Below are positions 24,010 to 35,199 of a stretch of 64,000 nt of DNA, piece after piece. Position numbers and translations under genes: made by a program. Where the stretch lies: assembly GCA_001179505.1 (NCBI GenBank), contig CDMY01000307.1, positions 1 through 64,000 on the forward strand, in the 5' to 3' direction. Under the pieces are notes generated by a model, which ran no database searches, was not told where the DNA came from, and saw only the letters and a program-made list of their open reading frames with translations. The stretch comes from Vitrella brassicaformis CCMP3155. Lineage: Eukaryota > Protista > Chromerida. How positions within the stretch are numbered: position 1 is the stretch's first letter; each line of letters opens with the position of its first letter.

Positions 24010-24793
24010 TCTACGTAATACATGCTGTGTGTGTGTGTGTGTGTGTGGAGGGAGAGACAGACCGCCCGACACACTCGATGAACGTGTGTGTGTGGGAGCA
24101 TGAAGGGTATAGGAACGTGTGCGCGTGTCGACTGTGAAAGCTACACACGTCATTGTGACGAGAATGTGAAGAGATTTTCACCCTGTGGTGAGGACTGACG
24201 TACATTTGTGTGGGTTTGTTTCTTTCGTTTAGTTGATCATCGTCCATCAGATCGGTCCGCCGATATAGACATGAAATGTGTGTGTGAATGTACAGACGCA
24301 CAGACAGCCAGACCGACACGACCGACACGACCGGCACGTATCACTCCGCTCCTCCCTCCCTCCCTCCCTCCCTCCCGCATCAGTCCACCCCTGGCCCTCT
24401 GTCATGCATACATCCAACCAGCCGGCCCCACCCGCCTCACCTCATCCGCACAAGCCATGGAAGTCTCTTAAAACACACACAACACCCCACACCACATCCA
24501 GTGGGCAAACCAAACGGCAAACATGGACAGCCAGACAGACAGACAGCCACAGCCAGGCGATGCCCCCCACTACCGGACAAACCGAACCTCGTATGGATGG
24601 TATCTCTCCGCCTGCAGACAGGACAGATAGCCACACACACACACACAGACACACAGACACACAGATACAAACAGGCAGAGACCCCATGCACCCACACACC
24701 CAGCAGATGGGTGTGCGGCCGTGTGTGTCCATCACGCATCGAACCACATACCTGCTAGCCCTAGTGGCCGTGCGGACACTGTCGTGACAGTGC

Positions 24794-25509
24794 TCAGTGA
24801 CCGCACGCCGCCCCCGCCTTGCAGACACCACCGCAGCAGTGCTGTCCTGCCGGACAGTCGGTGTCCTTGACGCACCCCGTAGTGATGAAAGAGTGGTGGT
24901 GGCCGTGGCAGACACCGTCGTGACAGTGCTCTCCTGGCCCACAGGGGGGGGTTGCACCTCTCCGGCTGGGCCCCGCTGATGAGGTGCATCTGTCGGTGGG
25001 CGCTGCGGATGGCGTCGAGGGCGGTGCTGGCCATCTCGTGGGCCGCCTCGCCCATCTTGTGGGCCTGTTCCATCATGGACTTGGCCTGGTACACCTGCTG
25101 CTGCACGAGCGACAACTGGACCTGATGGCCAGAGACACCTGCACAAACACATTGCACACACCATGCAGCAACACACATCCATCCATTTATCCATCCATCC
25201 ATGCCACCACGTGCGCAGTGCATTCATCTCGCATTTGTGTGTGCCGTGCATGTGTGTATGCCGCACACATTAGTTGCTGTGGGTGCCGGTCTGCAGGCGG
25301 GAGATCTCCTTAGTGCGGCCAACAAACGATGCATCTGCACACAGCGGACAAGTAGGACAGTCACATATGGCTCAGGAGTGATGTATACGCCATAGATCTG
25401 GTCAAATGCACCCACCAGTATCGCCGTAGTTGCTGTACGTGGCCGAGGCCACAGCTACGGAACAGACGGCCGCCAAGGCGATGAGGAGCGCATACGAGGG
25501 ACCCTTCAT
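24794..25509 (-). pseudogene. Secreted protein with Cys-rich tail, disrupted by an in-frame TAA and a homopolymer frameshift
   Basis: Signal peptide MKGPSYALLIALAAVCSVAVASA. Exon 2 is in phase but ends in TAA (25270-25272). A +1 shift in the G8 run (24944-24951) restores CNPPCGPGEHCHDGVC...CVKDTDCPAGQHCCGGVC. Confidence 0.65.
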
Positions 25510-25604
25510 CGCTGCCAACAACCAAATCGACAACCAAATCGCCGCGGAAAGCGAAAAACTTCCTTCCCTGGCGGCACGATATGTAGGGCACGGCAAATCC
25601 GATC

Positions 25605-25874
25605 GTGACGTGTGACGGCGTCTATGGGAGGGAGGCCGATCGCTTCATTCGCCGCTTGGCGGAGCTCATCAACAAGAGGGGCGGATGGGACAGATATGGT
25701 GTTGGCCGGGTCGAGCAATGGATTCGGGCGCGGCTGTCAGTGTGCCTGGCTCGTTCGGTGTCTGCGTGTCTGCGGCGGCCCAGGAGGAAGGGCCGGTGGC
25801 ATTGGTTGTATCAGAGGGGGCGTTGGGGTGATGGGGCAGGGATGTTCGTGCCTGGGGAGCCTCTCGTTTTCTGA
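25605..25874 (+). mobile_element. 5'-truncated fragment of a non-LTR retrotransposon: C-terminus of a restriction-like endonuclease (CRE/R2-group type)
   Basis: VTCDGVYGREADRFIRRLAELINKR...EQWIRARLSVCLARSVSACLRRPR fits the post-catalytic RLE pattern (DG..G.EA..F..RLA...W.R.RLS..L.R....CLR..R). Intron-free, with no upstream part of the element. Confidence 0.7.
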
Positions 25875-26729
25875 GGGTGCCCCCCTGTGAGTAGGCGTGT
25901 GGGGATAGTGTGTGTTGATTGGCCTGGTTGCCTGTCAGTCTGGTTGGTAGTCTGTCTGTCTATCTGTCTGTCAGTCCGCATGTCTGTCCACTGCATTCGC
26001 GTGTGCTGCTCATGAGCATTGTTTGTCCATTTGAGTGTCTGTAGCTCGTTATCATTGCATTGCGATCGACTGTTCATGTTTGTCCGTGCCGTGGACCAAC
26101 GCGTGTGTGGCCCCCGGCGCATCGTTACACATCAATCAATTCATTTTCAAATCCGATGCACATGCATTGAGGACATTTGGATTGAGGACATCGGAGCGGA
26201 TTGGTTGGTTAGTGTGTTGAGGACGTCCGGGGAGAGAGGCCACCGCTGCTGCTCAGGAAGGTAGGCACGCAGTGTGCAGCATCAGATGCAGCAGCAGCGA
26301 GATCTCACAAGAATGCACTGCTTTGTCCCCGTCAGAACAGATCTTCGTTGGACTCTTCAGTGATGTCTTCGCCGTCCTCTCTGCTGGTGCTCACTCTCGA
26401 GGAGGCCAGCGACCTCATTGTGGACGCCGAACGGTCGCTCTCATCTCATCTGCGGCACACGCTCGAGACCATACAGCGCGGCACACACGAGTCCATCCGG
26501 CGGCTCCACGGCCTCCTGCCGGCACTCATCGACAATGCTTCCATGCCGCTTGGCGTGTCGGTGGGGGCCGATGTGCTGATGCTGTGGATGAGTGCCTGGT
26601 GCGGGAGGTGCGGTGCATTCGGGCGTCTGCATCTCGAGCAAGAGGGCGAAGGCGATGAGAGAGGCGGATGAGGAGAAGGAGTCGGTCGGTATGCCTCTGC
26701 AAGGTCAGCGGCGAAGAGCTCATTTTTGG

Positions 26730-27029
26730 NNNNNNNNNNNNNNNNNNNNNNNNNNNNNNNNNNNNNNNNNNNNNNNNNNNNNNNNNNNNNNNNNNNNNNN
26801 NNNNNNNNNNNNNNNNNNNNNNNNNNNNNNNNNNNNNNNNNNNNNNNNNNNNNNNNNNNNNNNNNNNNNNNNNNNNNNNNNNNNNNNNNNNNNNNNNNNN
26901 NNNNNNNNNNNNNNNNNNNNNNNNNNNNNNNNNNNNNNNNNNNNNNNNNNNNNNNNNNNNNNNNNNNNNNNNNNNNNNNNNNNNNNNNNNNNNNNNNNNN
27001 NNNNNNNNNNNNNNNNNNNNNNNNNNNNN
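26730..27029. other. Assembly gap (300 N)
   Basis: Run of N. Confidence 1.
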
Positions 27030-28398
27030 AAGGGAGCGAAGTGACGGGGCTCTGTCTGTCTGTCTGTCTGTCTGTGTGGTCTATGGTTCAGTTGCCAATC
27101 GTCGCGTGTGTGCTGTCCGGGTGAGAGAGCGGCCATCAGACAGCAGTGACGCGGCGTCACCCGGGAGAAGGGACCTGCAGGTGAGCAGGGCGACAGGTCC
27201 ACGATTCTGCTGACACTACTGAGTGGTCGTTCTCTATTGCCGTTTGCCAGCCTCTGTCTGTCCGCGTGGCCCCTGTTTCCGCTGGTCACTCGCCTGACAG
27301 CGCGCAGCTTGATTCGCTCTCGTGCTTTGACGCGGGGCAGCTTCAGCCTGTGTGTATAGGTACTTTCCTACGCGCACGACGGAGGGCACGATGGAGCCAT
27401 ATTGCATTCTGTGCGGCTCCCCATCCGATGTGTCGTGCGGCTCCCGGACAACTTCTACACGGTTATGAAGTAGGCTGGGGGGGGCCTTGCGAACGGGGTC
27501 AAGTGGGAGAGAACGAGGCCAGGCGAATCGCCGAGGGCGCGCTGAAAGGGCTCAATCTGCTGCACACACGCGGGGTACGTTCGTGTGGATGGATGGAGGC
27601 GTGTGGGTGGACGGGACACACACGTGTGGGCGCGTGTGTGTGTGTGTGCAGATCACCCATGGGGACGTTTCGCTGAGGAACATTATGAAGGATAGACTAC
27701 GATAATATCCTCACCCCCGACAGCCCAAAGCTCACATAGCTCGCCGGCACCCCAAAGTTCCTCGTAAAGCTGACACACAGACTGACACATTCACACATCA
27801 GTTACGTCTGTGTTTCCCTGCAGGCGCCTGAGTGCTTCGAGTCGTTAGATTACAGTCCGGCCAGCGACCTATGGGCCATCGGAGTGGCCAGGTAGGCACA
27901 CACAGCACCACACCAACCACACACACACACACACACACACGTTCATTCTGTCTGTTGCCCTTTGGTGCGCCCCTCTTTCAGTTGCTACTTGTTGACGAGT
28001 CGGTTCCCCTTCAGTGTCCGCAGCGACGGTTGCATCTCCAAAGGCGTGCTGAGGGCCATCATGCAGGTCGGCCACTGCAGCGAGGGATGGAGGGAATGAG
28101 CTGTAGGATATCCATCCACTCATCCACCATGGTGTGGCGCGTGTGTGTGTGTGAAGGGGCCGCGTTTTCGCGAGACTGGCGAGTTGTCGCCGGAGGCTGC
28201 GGACATCGTACGTCGTTTGCTGACGGCCGACAAAGCCCGGCGCATCCAATCGGGTGGGTCAGTGATCAATAAAGGAAGAAACAGTGGGTGCATTCCATGT
28301 GTATCTACATGCCTTTGGTCAGCGGCTGATGCTTTTGCGCATCCCTGGTTTGCCATGGCGGCAGAGGAGTCGGGCGCCCCCCCCCCCCCCCCCACAAC

Positions 28399-28698
28399 NN
28401 NNNNNNNNNNNNNNNNNNNNNNNNNNNNNNNNNNNNNNNNNNNNNNNNNNNNNNNNNNNNNNNNNNNNNNNNNNNNNNNNNNNNNNNNNNNNNNNNNNNN
28501 NNNNNNNNNNNNNNNNNNNNNNNNNNNNNNNNNNNNNNNNNNNNNNNNNNNNNNNNNNNNNNNNNNNNNNNNNNNNNNNNNNNNNNNNNNNNNNNNNNNN
28601 NNNNNNNNNNNNNNNNNNNNNNNNNNNNNNNNNNNNNNNNNNNNNNNNNNNNNNNNNNNNNNNNNNNNNNNNNNNNNNNNNNNNNNNNNNNNNNNNNN
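28399..28698. other. Assembly gap (300 N), probably a false gap at a poly-C run
   Basis: Both flanks read C(n)ACAAC. Confidence 0.95.
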
Positions 28699-29766
28699 CC
28701 CCCCCCACAACCCCACCCACACATAGGTGGCCCGCCATCATCGCCCGCCCTCAGCCAGACATCCAACTCGTCCGGCACATCAGAACGGTCTACAAACTCG
28801 ACCGAGCAGTGAATAACGTCACTCCGTCCATCGCGTAGCATCGCCCCGGACAGCATAGCCCAGCCGGCCTCTTTGCTTCGCCGCCACACACATGGCTGGC
28901 CGCCCAGCACATCGGATGCACCACACGACAGACAGACAGACGCCGACCGGCCGTCTGTGCGTTGATTCGCAAAGTGGCCATAGAGGGCTTGCGAGTGACT
29001 GAGTGACGAGGGCCGGCAGGGAGGGAGGCCGTTTGTTGATTGGGGGATGGCGCGTGTGGCCCGCGGGTAGACGTGGAGGCTGCTGGCTGAGTGTGAGAGA
29101 GGAATCGGCCTGCCGCGTGTCGGTCGGCAAGATAGCCGGCCATCCATCGATGGCTTCCTTGTTGCTTATTGTGGGTGTACATACAGCAGACAGTGTTCGT
29201 AGACTGACTGACAGGCTCGAGTACGTTCCCGGTGATGGATCATGCGTGTCATGTCAATGAATCCTACAAATATCTCATCTTTGATGGACATTGGATCCCC
29301 TCCATTAAATGAAAGAGACCGAGACACATGACGTCACTCAATATTAAACGCACCAGACCATGTAACAGGCACTTTCCTGTTTCCTCTCTTTCATCCATCA
29401 TGCATTGCCACACACACACACACACACACACACATGCCATGCATCCATCTGTCTATATCATTTGCGGAAGGACAGACAGAGCTACTCAGTCTTAAGCCCG
29501 TTTACCACGAGGCACACTGATATGTACTGGAACCACCAGTCGGCCGCACCGTTGCCGCCCCATAGCATAAATGGTCGCCGCACAAATGCATGCCGTCCAG
29601 GCCTCCGCCCCGAAAATACATAATCAACATTACTTGCTTTGCCCTCAATGCAATTCAGTAGCTCAAGCGAATCGCCCTCATCGTACTGGTCATAATACTA
29701 TCACAGCCACAGACAAACAGACAAAGAAAGGCCTCGATAGCTGTGCTGATGTTATAAGAGGCTAAC

Positions 29767-31063
29767 TTACCCGAGGGCTCCGCGCGTCATCAAGAAAACT
29801 ACGCCAGTTGCCAACGACTTCATCTCTTTTCTCAGAGATGACTTCTCCGTGCATCTCAGGCTTGACCCTCTCCTTGCCATCACCAATTTCCTCCCAGTAA
29901 TGATCACTTTCAAGCATACCAGAGAAGTAGTCGTACGCGTACTCGTCTTCTAGGTATTCCCTGGCTGTTTTAAGAACTCATCATCCCAAAACTCCTTCAA
30001 CGTCGCCTTTTTCTCCTCATCGGTGACATTAGCTGTTCCAATCCGCAGGACTTCCATGGCCTTCTCGTTGTCAATTAGCGAATACGACGCAGGGTCGTCA
30101 TAGGAGATGCCCTCGTTCAGCATCTCGAAGCTCACGTTAAAGAGCTCCGTTAGAAGATAACACAATGCTGCATCGGTGCCCTTGAGGAAGTCAGGGCCCA
30201 CAGTCGAGGGCGTATAGTAATGCTCAAGTTGAAAGACAAAGCGCCTGGCCCTCAATTTCTCGAAGGACAAGCACAGCACGCAAAATAAGGCATCTCATTC
30301 ACCCATTTACGTACGGTGAAGCCCCTCTACTTACGTCTTTGTCCTCTTGTGTCGACTGGAAATGTTCCTTGAGCATGTCGACCAAGTCCTGCAGTGGCGT
30401 CGCCAGCGGACTAGGCCTCGCTTTTGGCTCCACTGCCACTCTCTCCCGTCGCAGATTGTACGCCAGCACAAGCCGATGGCCCGACTCGACAGGCATCACT
30501 CGATGAGGTATGTCAGCCAAGAAGGCCACCCACCGACACTGACCGCTCTCCAGAGCGGCTCGCGTCTCGTTGTTGAACCTCTCGCCATCGAACTCATCCC
30601 CATCGTAGAGCAGGAAATCTCCCCCAGAGTACTCAGTCGGAAGGAAGACCAGCAGCGAGGTAAACATCTCTTTGTTCCGCTGTGTGTCTCTGTGGATCCG
30701 AAAGTGGTCACTCTGAGCATAGATCAGCGCCTTGTAGAACTCTGCAGTCACCCGATAGCCCGGCGTCATCTCCTCCTCGACCGCACGGCAGATGCCGTCT
30801 ACGACGTTCTCCCATCGCCCACTCTGAGCGTTCACATTCACTTGCTCAGCAGGCACCTCGCGGCTGATGCGGACGTCGGGATCGACAATCGTCTTGTCTT
30901 TCACGCCAAAGGGTGACTCGTTGGCGTGCCTCCCATAGACATTCTGCAGGTCGGCGGCCGAGAAGCCAGCCCCCCGCAGCTTGAAGTTTGGCCGAAGGGA
31001 CCGTTGGACAGACGCGTTTCTGCGAGAGATGAGGGATGGGACCAGATCACTGGTACCTGCCAT
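29767..31063 (-). CDS. 2OG-Fe(II) oxygenase (prolyl-4-hydroxylase-like fold) with a C-terminal frameshift
   Basis: FYKALIYAQSDHFRIHRDTQRNKEMFTSLLVFLPTEYSGGDF...AFLADIPHRVMPVESGHRLVLAYNL gives the HxD...H triad and the 2OG-binding Arg. An A4 run at 29968-29971 separates ...DDEFLK from TAREYLEDEY... in the -1 frame. Confidence 0.8.
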
Positions 31064-31480
31064 AGTCACCACACCAACGGAACACCACCAACACAATGGT
31101 CGCTGACATGCCAGGCTGTCGTATCCCTCACACCTGAATCGCCCATGGATTTGCCTTCCTGGTATGCATGCGTACCCGAAATTAAGGGCCTCGGCGCTTC
31201 GTGTTGCTTGAGGTAGCCGAGTGCGGCATCCACCACTCTGCCGGCCTTCTCAGGGCTCACTTGCATCGACACAGACAGGCCGGTGCGTCGCCTCCTGTCA
31301 GCGGGGATGAGTCGGAGGGAGGGATGCCGCGTCGCTTGTGTGGGGATGAATGCTCCACGAGTGGATGGCAGGCTCACCGCGAGAAGAATCCACTGGAGAA
31401 GAATGAACCACATGGCGACACTGGCAGAGAAGACCTCAGCATGACCGGAGGACACGGATGAGGGAGATCACGAGAGATCC

Positions 31481-33450
31481 TTGTCGCTGCATCGTTGCAG
31501 GAAAAGGGGGATGCTTGAAAAAAGTGTGCTCAAGCGCTTCGTCAGGCCGCCCAGGGTGCTCCCTGAAACCGCTGCGCAAGCTCGGAGGAAATTCGTAGCA
31601 TCCTGTGCACATGGGTGTGGATCATCTCTCTCGATGAAGATCTTCGGCGTTTCCGCCAAGTTATCCCTCACCGACAGCTCATCATCCCTTCCGGGCCCTG
31701 TTCCACCGCCTCCCCGGCCGCACCCGCCTCCCCACCATCGCGACACACACGGCCCGCCATCCGAGGATGACGCAGACGCCAGGATTCGCCAGCTGGTTCA
31801 TCGCGTCGTGCGCGACAGGCGCTGTGAGCTTCACCTGGAGGGCGAGCGGTTCCGTGCGTTGGAGATGGGGCGCATCTTTCGGTGCCTGCGGGACATAAGA
31901 GTGGGCGGCGAGGGGCACTGCGTTGTGAGCCTTCGGCTGTCGGGGTTTATCAATGACGGCGAGATGGCGCTTCAGGCGCTCACACATGCAGGTGGGAGAG
32001 GAGAGAGGCAGCCAAGGCATCGGGGTTCGCCATCGTTGTTAATTGTGGCTGCTGTTTGTTTGTTTGTTGTGGCTGGTGTGTCACTCAGATCTGTCATCTC
32101 TGCCACTGAAGGTCTTCGAGTTCTCCGAGTCGCCGGCCCTCAAGCGCCCCACGGCCGTCGCCTGTCTGTCCTCGCTGGTGGCCGCCCACCTGCCGCCATC
32201 CATCCAGAGCATCCTGCTCCAGAGCTGCAGCCTCGGCGCACTCAAGAAGATGGCGAATGATGGCAGTGGCGGAATAGACGAGTGGAGGCATTTCGTCACC
32301 ACACTGGCCGGCAAGGGGACCGTCAGGCTGCTCAACGTGTCCGCCAATCGGCTGGACAAAACGATGCTGCGGCCGTTGGCAGAGTGGGTGGCCATGGGTG
32401 AGGCCTGCACACTGGAGGAGCTCAATCTGGTGAGTGAAATAGGTGGGCAGAGCCTGAATGAGATGAGTCGCTGTCAGTGTATGTATGTGTTGCATGTCTG
32501 TCTGCAGGCCCAGAACGCCTTGGTCGATGGGAGCGTGGGAGTGCTGCTGGACGCACTGCAAGCAGCACAGCACAACCGACTTACCATACTCGGTAGGTGC
32601 GCACCGCACCGCATGCCAAGGACAGCGGCAGACAGACAGACATGGACCACTGTCTGTCTGCCTCTGTGCGCTGCGCGTGTGTTGGTGTGTCCGGGCATTG
32701 TAACAGAGCTGAGTGAGAACCATCTGGCGTCCGAGGGCGCCCAGCGGCTCGCGGCCTTCCTCTCATCGCCATCCTGCCATCTACAGGTCAGCCAGTCGGC
32801 AGCCAAGCCACTCCGTATCCCTCACTCACCGACACAACGGCCGTCCATGCGCACCTGCCATCTGTATGTCGTCCGTGTGGTGCCATGTCAGACGTTGAAA
32901 CTGTATCGGTGCGGCATTGACGCTGACGGGCTGGCGGCCATCGCGCGGGCGGTCGAGAGAAACACATCCCTGGAATCACTGACGGCAACTGGTTGGTACA
33001 CGGGGTCGCACACATGGATGGCCAAACAGATGCCGCATGTTTGTGCCTTTGTTTGGCCGTGTCTGCAGCAAACGGGCATCTGTCCCCACTGTGGATCGAC
33101 CGCGTTGGCCGCAAGTTCCTCCAGGTACCTAAGCGGGCGTAACTCGTTTGTCATGTCAGTCAAATGCCCATTGTGTGTCCCCTGCTCTCCGTGGGTTAAA
33201 CAGGCGCTCATGCGGCGATGTGAGGCGGGCTGCCCTCTGCGTGTGTTGGCCCTGTCAGTGCCAGAGGACCAGCTCAAGGAGGCACAAGAGCTCTTCAAGC
33301 AACAGACACACACGCAGGTCAGCAAGAGAGCCGGCCGCCCACTGCAGACAGACATGCCCCTGAATGTGTGTGTGTGTGTGTGTGTGTAAAGGCGATATTG
33401 GTGCCGCCGACTCAGCACCACATCAACAACCCCACGCTCGTCGACTGCGA
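31481..33450 (+). CDS. RNI/NLRC3-type leucine-rich repeat protein
   Basis: VRLLNVSANRLD, LEELNL|AQNALVDGSV, ELSENHLASEGAQRLAAFL, TLKLYRCGIDADGLAAIARAVERNTSLESL. Confidence 0.8.
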
Positions 33451-33676
33451 CTGACTGACTGACTGGTTTACAATTAGCCAAGCCTTCCTCCGCAGCGTAG
33501 CCTTTTTTTGTGTGTGTCTAGCTAGCTATACATTCACGACGAGCTGACGATGGATCGGATGGGCCCATGCGATGAATTGATATCTATCGGCCGTTGCAGT
33601 CAGTCAGTGGTCTGGTCTGCCACGATACGACGCACATGCTCACCCACCTCCCATGGCAAAACCAAGCGCCATTCAC

Positions 33677-34730
33677 TCACTCACTGACAGAGAATTGTAG
33701 TCCATACCAGACAGCCAGCCTCTCTTTGTAGTAGCTCTGGCCTATGTACAGCCGCGTCTCAGGGTTGACCAACCGCATCTCGTCTACACAGCGCCTTACA
33801 AAGCCTGACCCAAAGGCGTTGCCCTCCACCGTCGAGAAGTCCAGCAGCACCACTGGCCGACCGTCACCAGCGCGGCTCTTCTCACACATGTATACTCGCG
33901 CCCTGAGCCGAAGCAAGCAAGCCATACTCATATATTCAATCCGCCAATAAACACACACATCTCTCTGCTGACCTGAACACTCGTCTACCCCCCAAGACGA
34001 CATTGGTGAAGGTGATTTCCTCCCCATTGCCCACCTCCGTCTTCGAGAACTCTTTGCCCTTCCACAGTGCCCCACAGATGCCGTTGACCATCCGTGCCCA
34101 GATCGACCTGCCGGGCACAGCGATGGGCAGGCCCTTCGCGAGGGCCTTGCTGCCTGGTGTGGCAAGGGGGAGGCCCGCCGAGCCGTCACCATTAAGGAAC
34201 AGCTCCTCGAGAGCACGCCGGTCGAGGCCTCTGAGATCCGCCAAAGTGCGCGGCACTGTCGCAGTCTCGGCTGTGGCTGAGCAATCAATGACAACCATGG
34301 AGAGAAGAAGGTGTATGTGCGAAAGCTGGCTTCTCTCGGCGTGTGCGTGTGTGTCTGTCTGACTGACCTGCACTGTTAAGCTTCTGCATTCGCAGAGGTC
34401 GAGTCTGTGGACTCCTCACAAATGCCTTCTCGAAGCGGATCAGACGACCCTCGCAGAAGAACACAGTAAGAACGCAGAGCAGCCAGCCAAAGCCAAAGTC
34501 GATGTCGTGCATCAGCCGTAGCTGAATCCGCAGATGCCGTAACTGCCGGAGGACAAACCTGCAGAGAACATACACCGCAGATCACGAGTTTGTTGATCAG
34601 ATCTTCGCCGGCATCGGTGTCTGCAGCCTCCCTGAACACACCTGCTCTTCGCGGGGGCGAGCAGGATCCAACAGTGCTCAGCAGCAGCGGTTTCAGGGAG
34701 CACCCTAGACGGCCTGTCCAATGAAAACAT
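33677..34730 (-). CDS. Uncharacterised protein with WxGKxF ... LDF ... DEMRLV...LYIG motifs (bacterial-type beta-barrel family, tentative)
   Basis: Exons LADLRGLDRRALEELFLNG...GALWKGKEFSK...GGRRVFR and SRAGDGRPVVLLDFS...RCVDEMRLVNPETRLYIGQSY. 5' exons uncertain. Confidence 0.55.
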
Positions 34731-35199
34731 GCACCCTAACATGCAACACACACCCCCAAAGGTGTCCAACATGAAAACACCACCCCAACATGCAACATGG
34801 ACGCAACACGCAGCACTACTCGAGGGGCATGCGATGTTACGATGTGATTGATGATGTGACGCGAGCTCACGCGCACTGTTTCAGCTGTGGACCTTCTCGC
34901 CATGGGGTCTGTCGTCGTATCATCGAATGTCCACACAATGGCCAAACACGCATGGAACCATGCGATCGATCGTGTGTAAAAAGGTACACACACATCGACA
35001 CCTACACCTACACGCTACGACTGCAGGTATACAGCTCTGGCCGAAAAACCTACCACAGAGACACCAAAAGGCACTCAAAACACAAACACGACACAAGCGA
35101 CACGAGATAGATAAAAGCGAGATAAGACGAGTGCCTGCGGCTCGCCCGCTCCCTGAATAAAAAACCCAAAACTCGCCTTTTTCCTCCCACACCCCACTC

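Larger units (their letters stand above)
26348..28838 (+). pseudogene. Ser/Thr protein kinase (CAMK-like C-lobe), probably decayed; interrupted by two gaps
   Basis: ALKGLNLLHTRG|ITHGDVSLRNIM, then IDYDN in a shifted frame and an in-frame TAG (27737-27739). Followed by LAGTPKFL|APEC...DLWAIGV, YLLTSRFPF, LSPEAADIVRRLLTADKARRI and SAADAFAHPWF. Confidence 0.7.
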
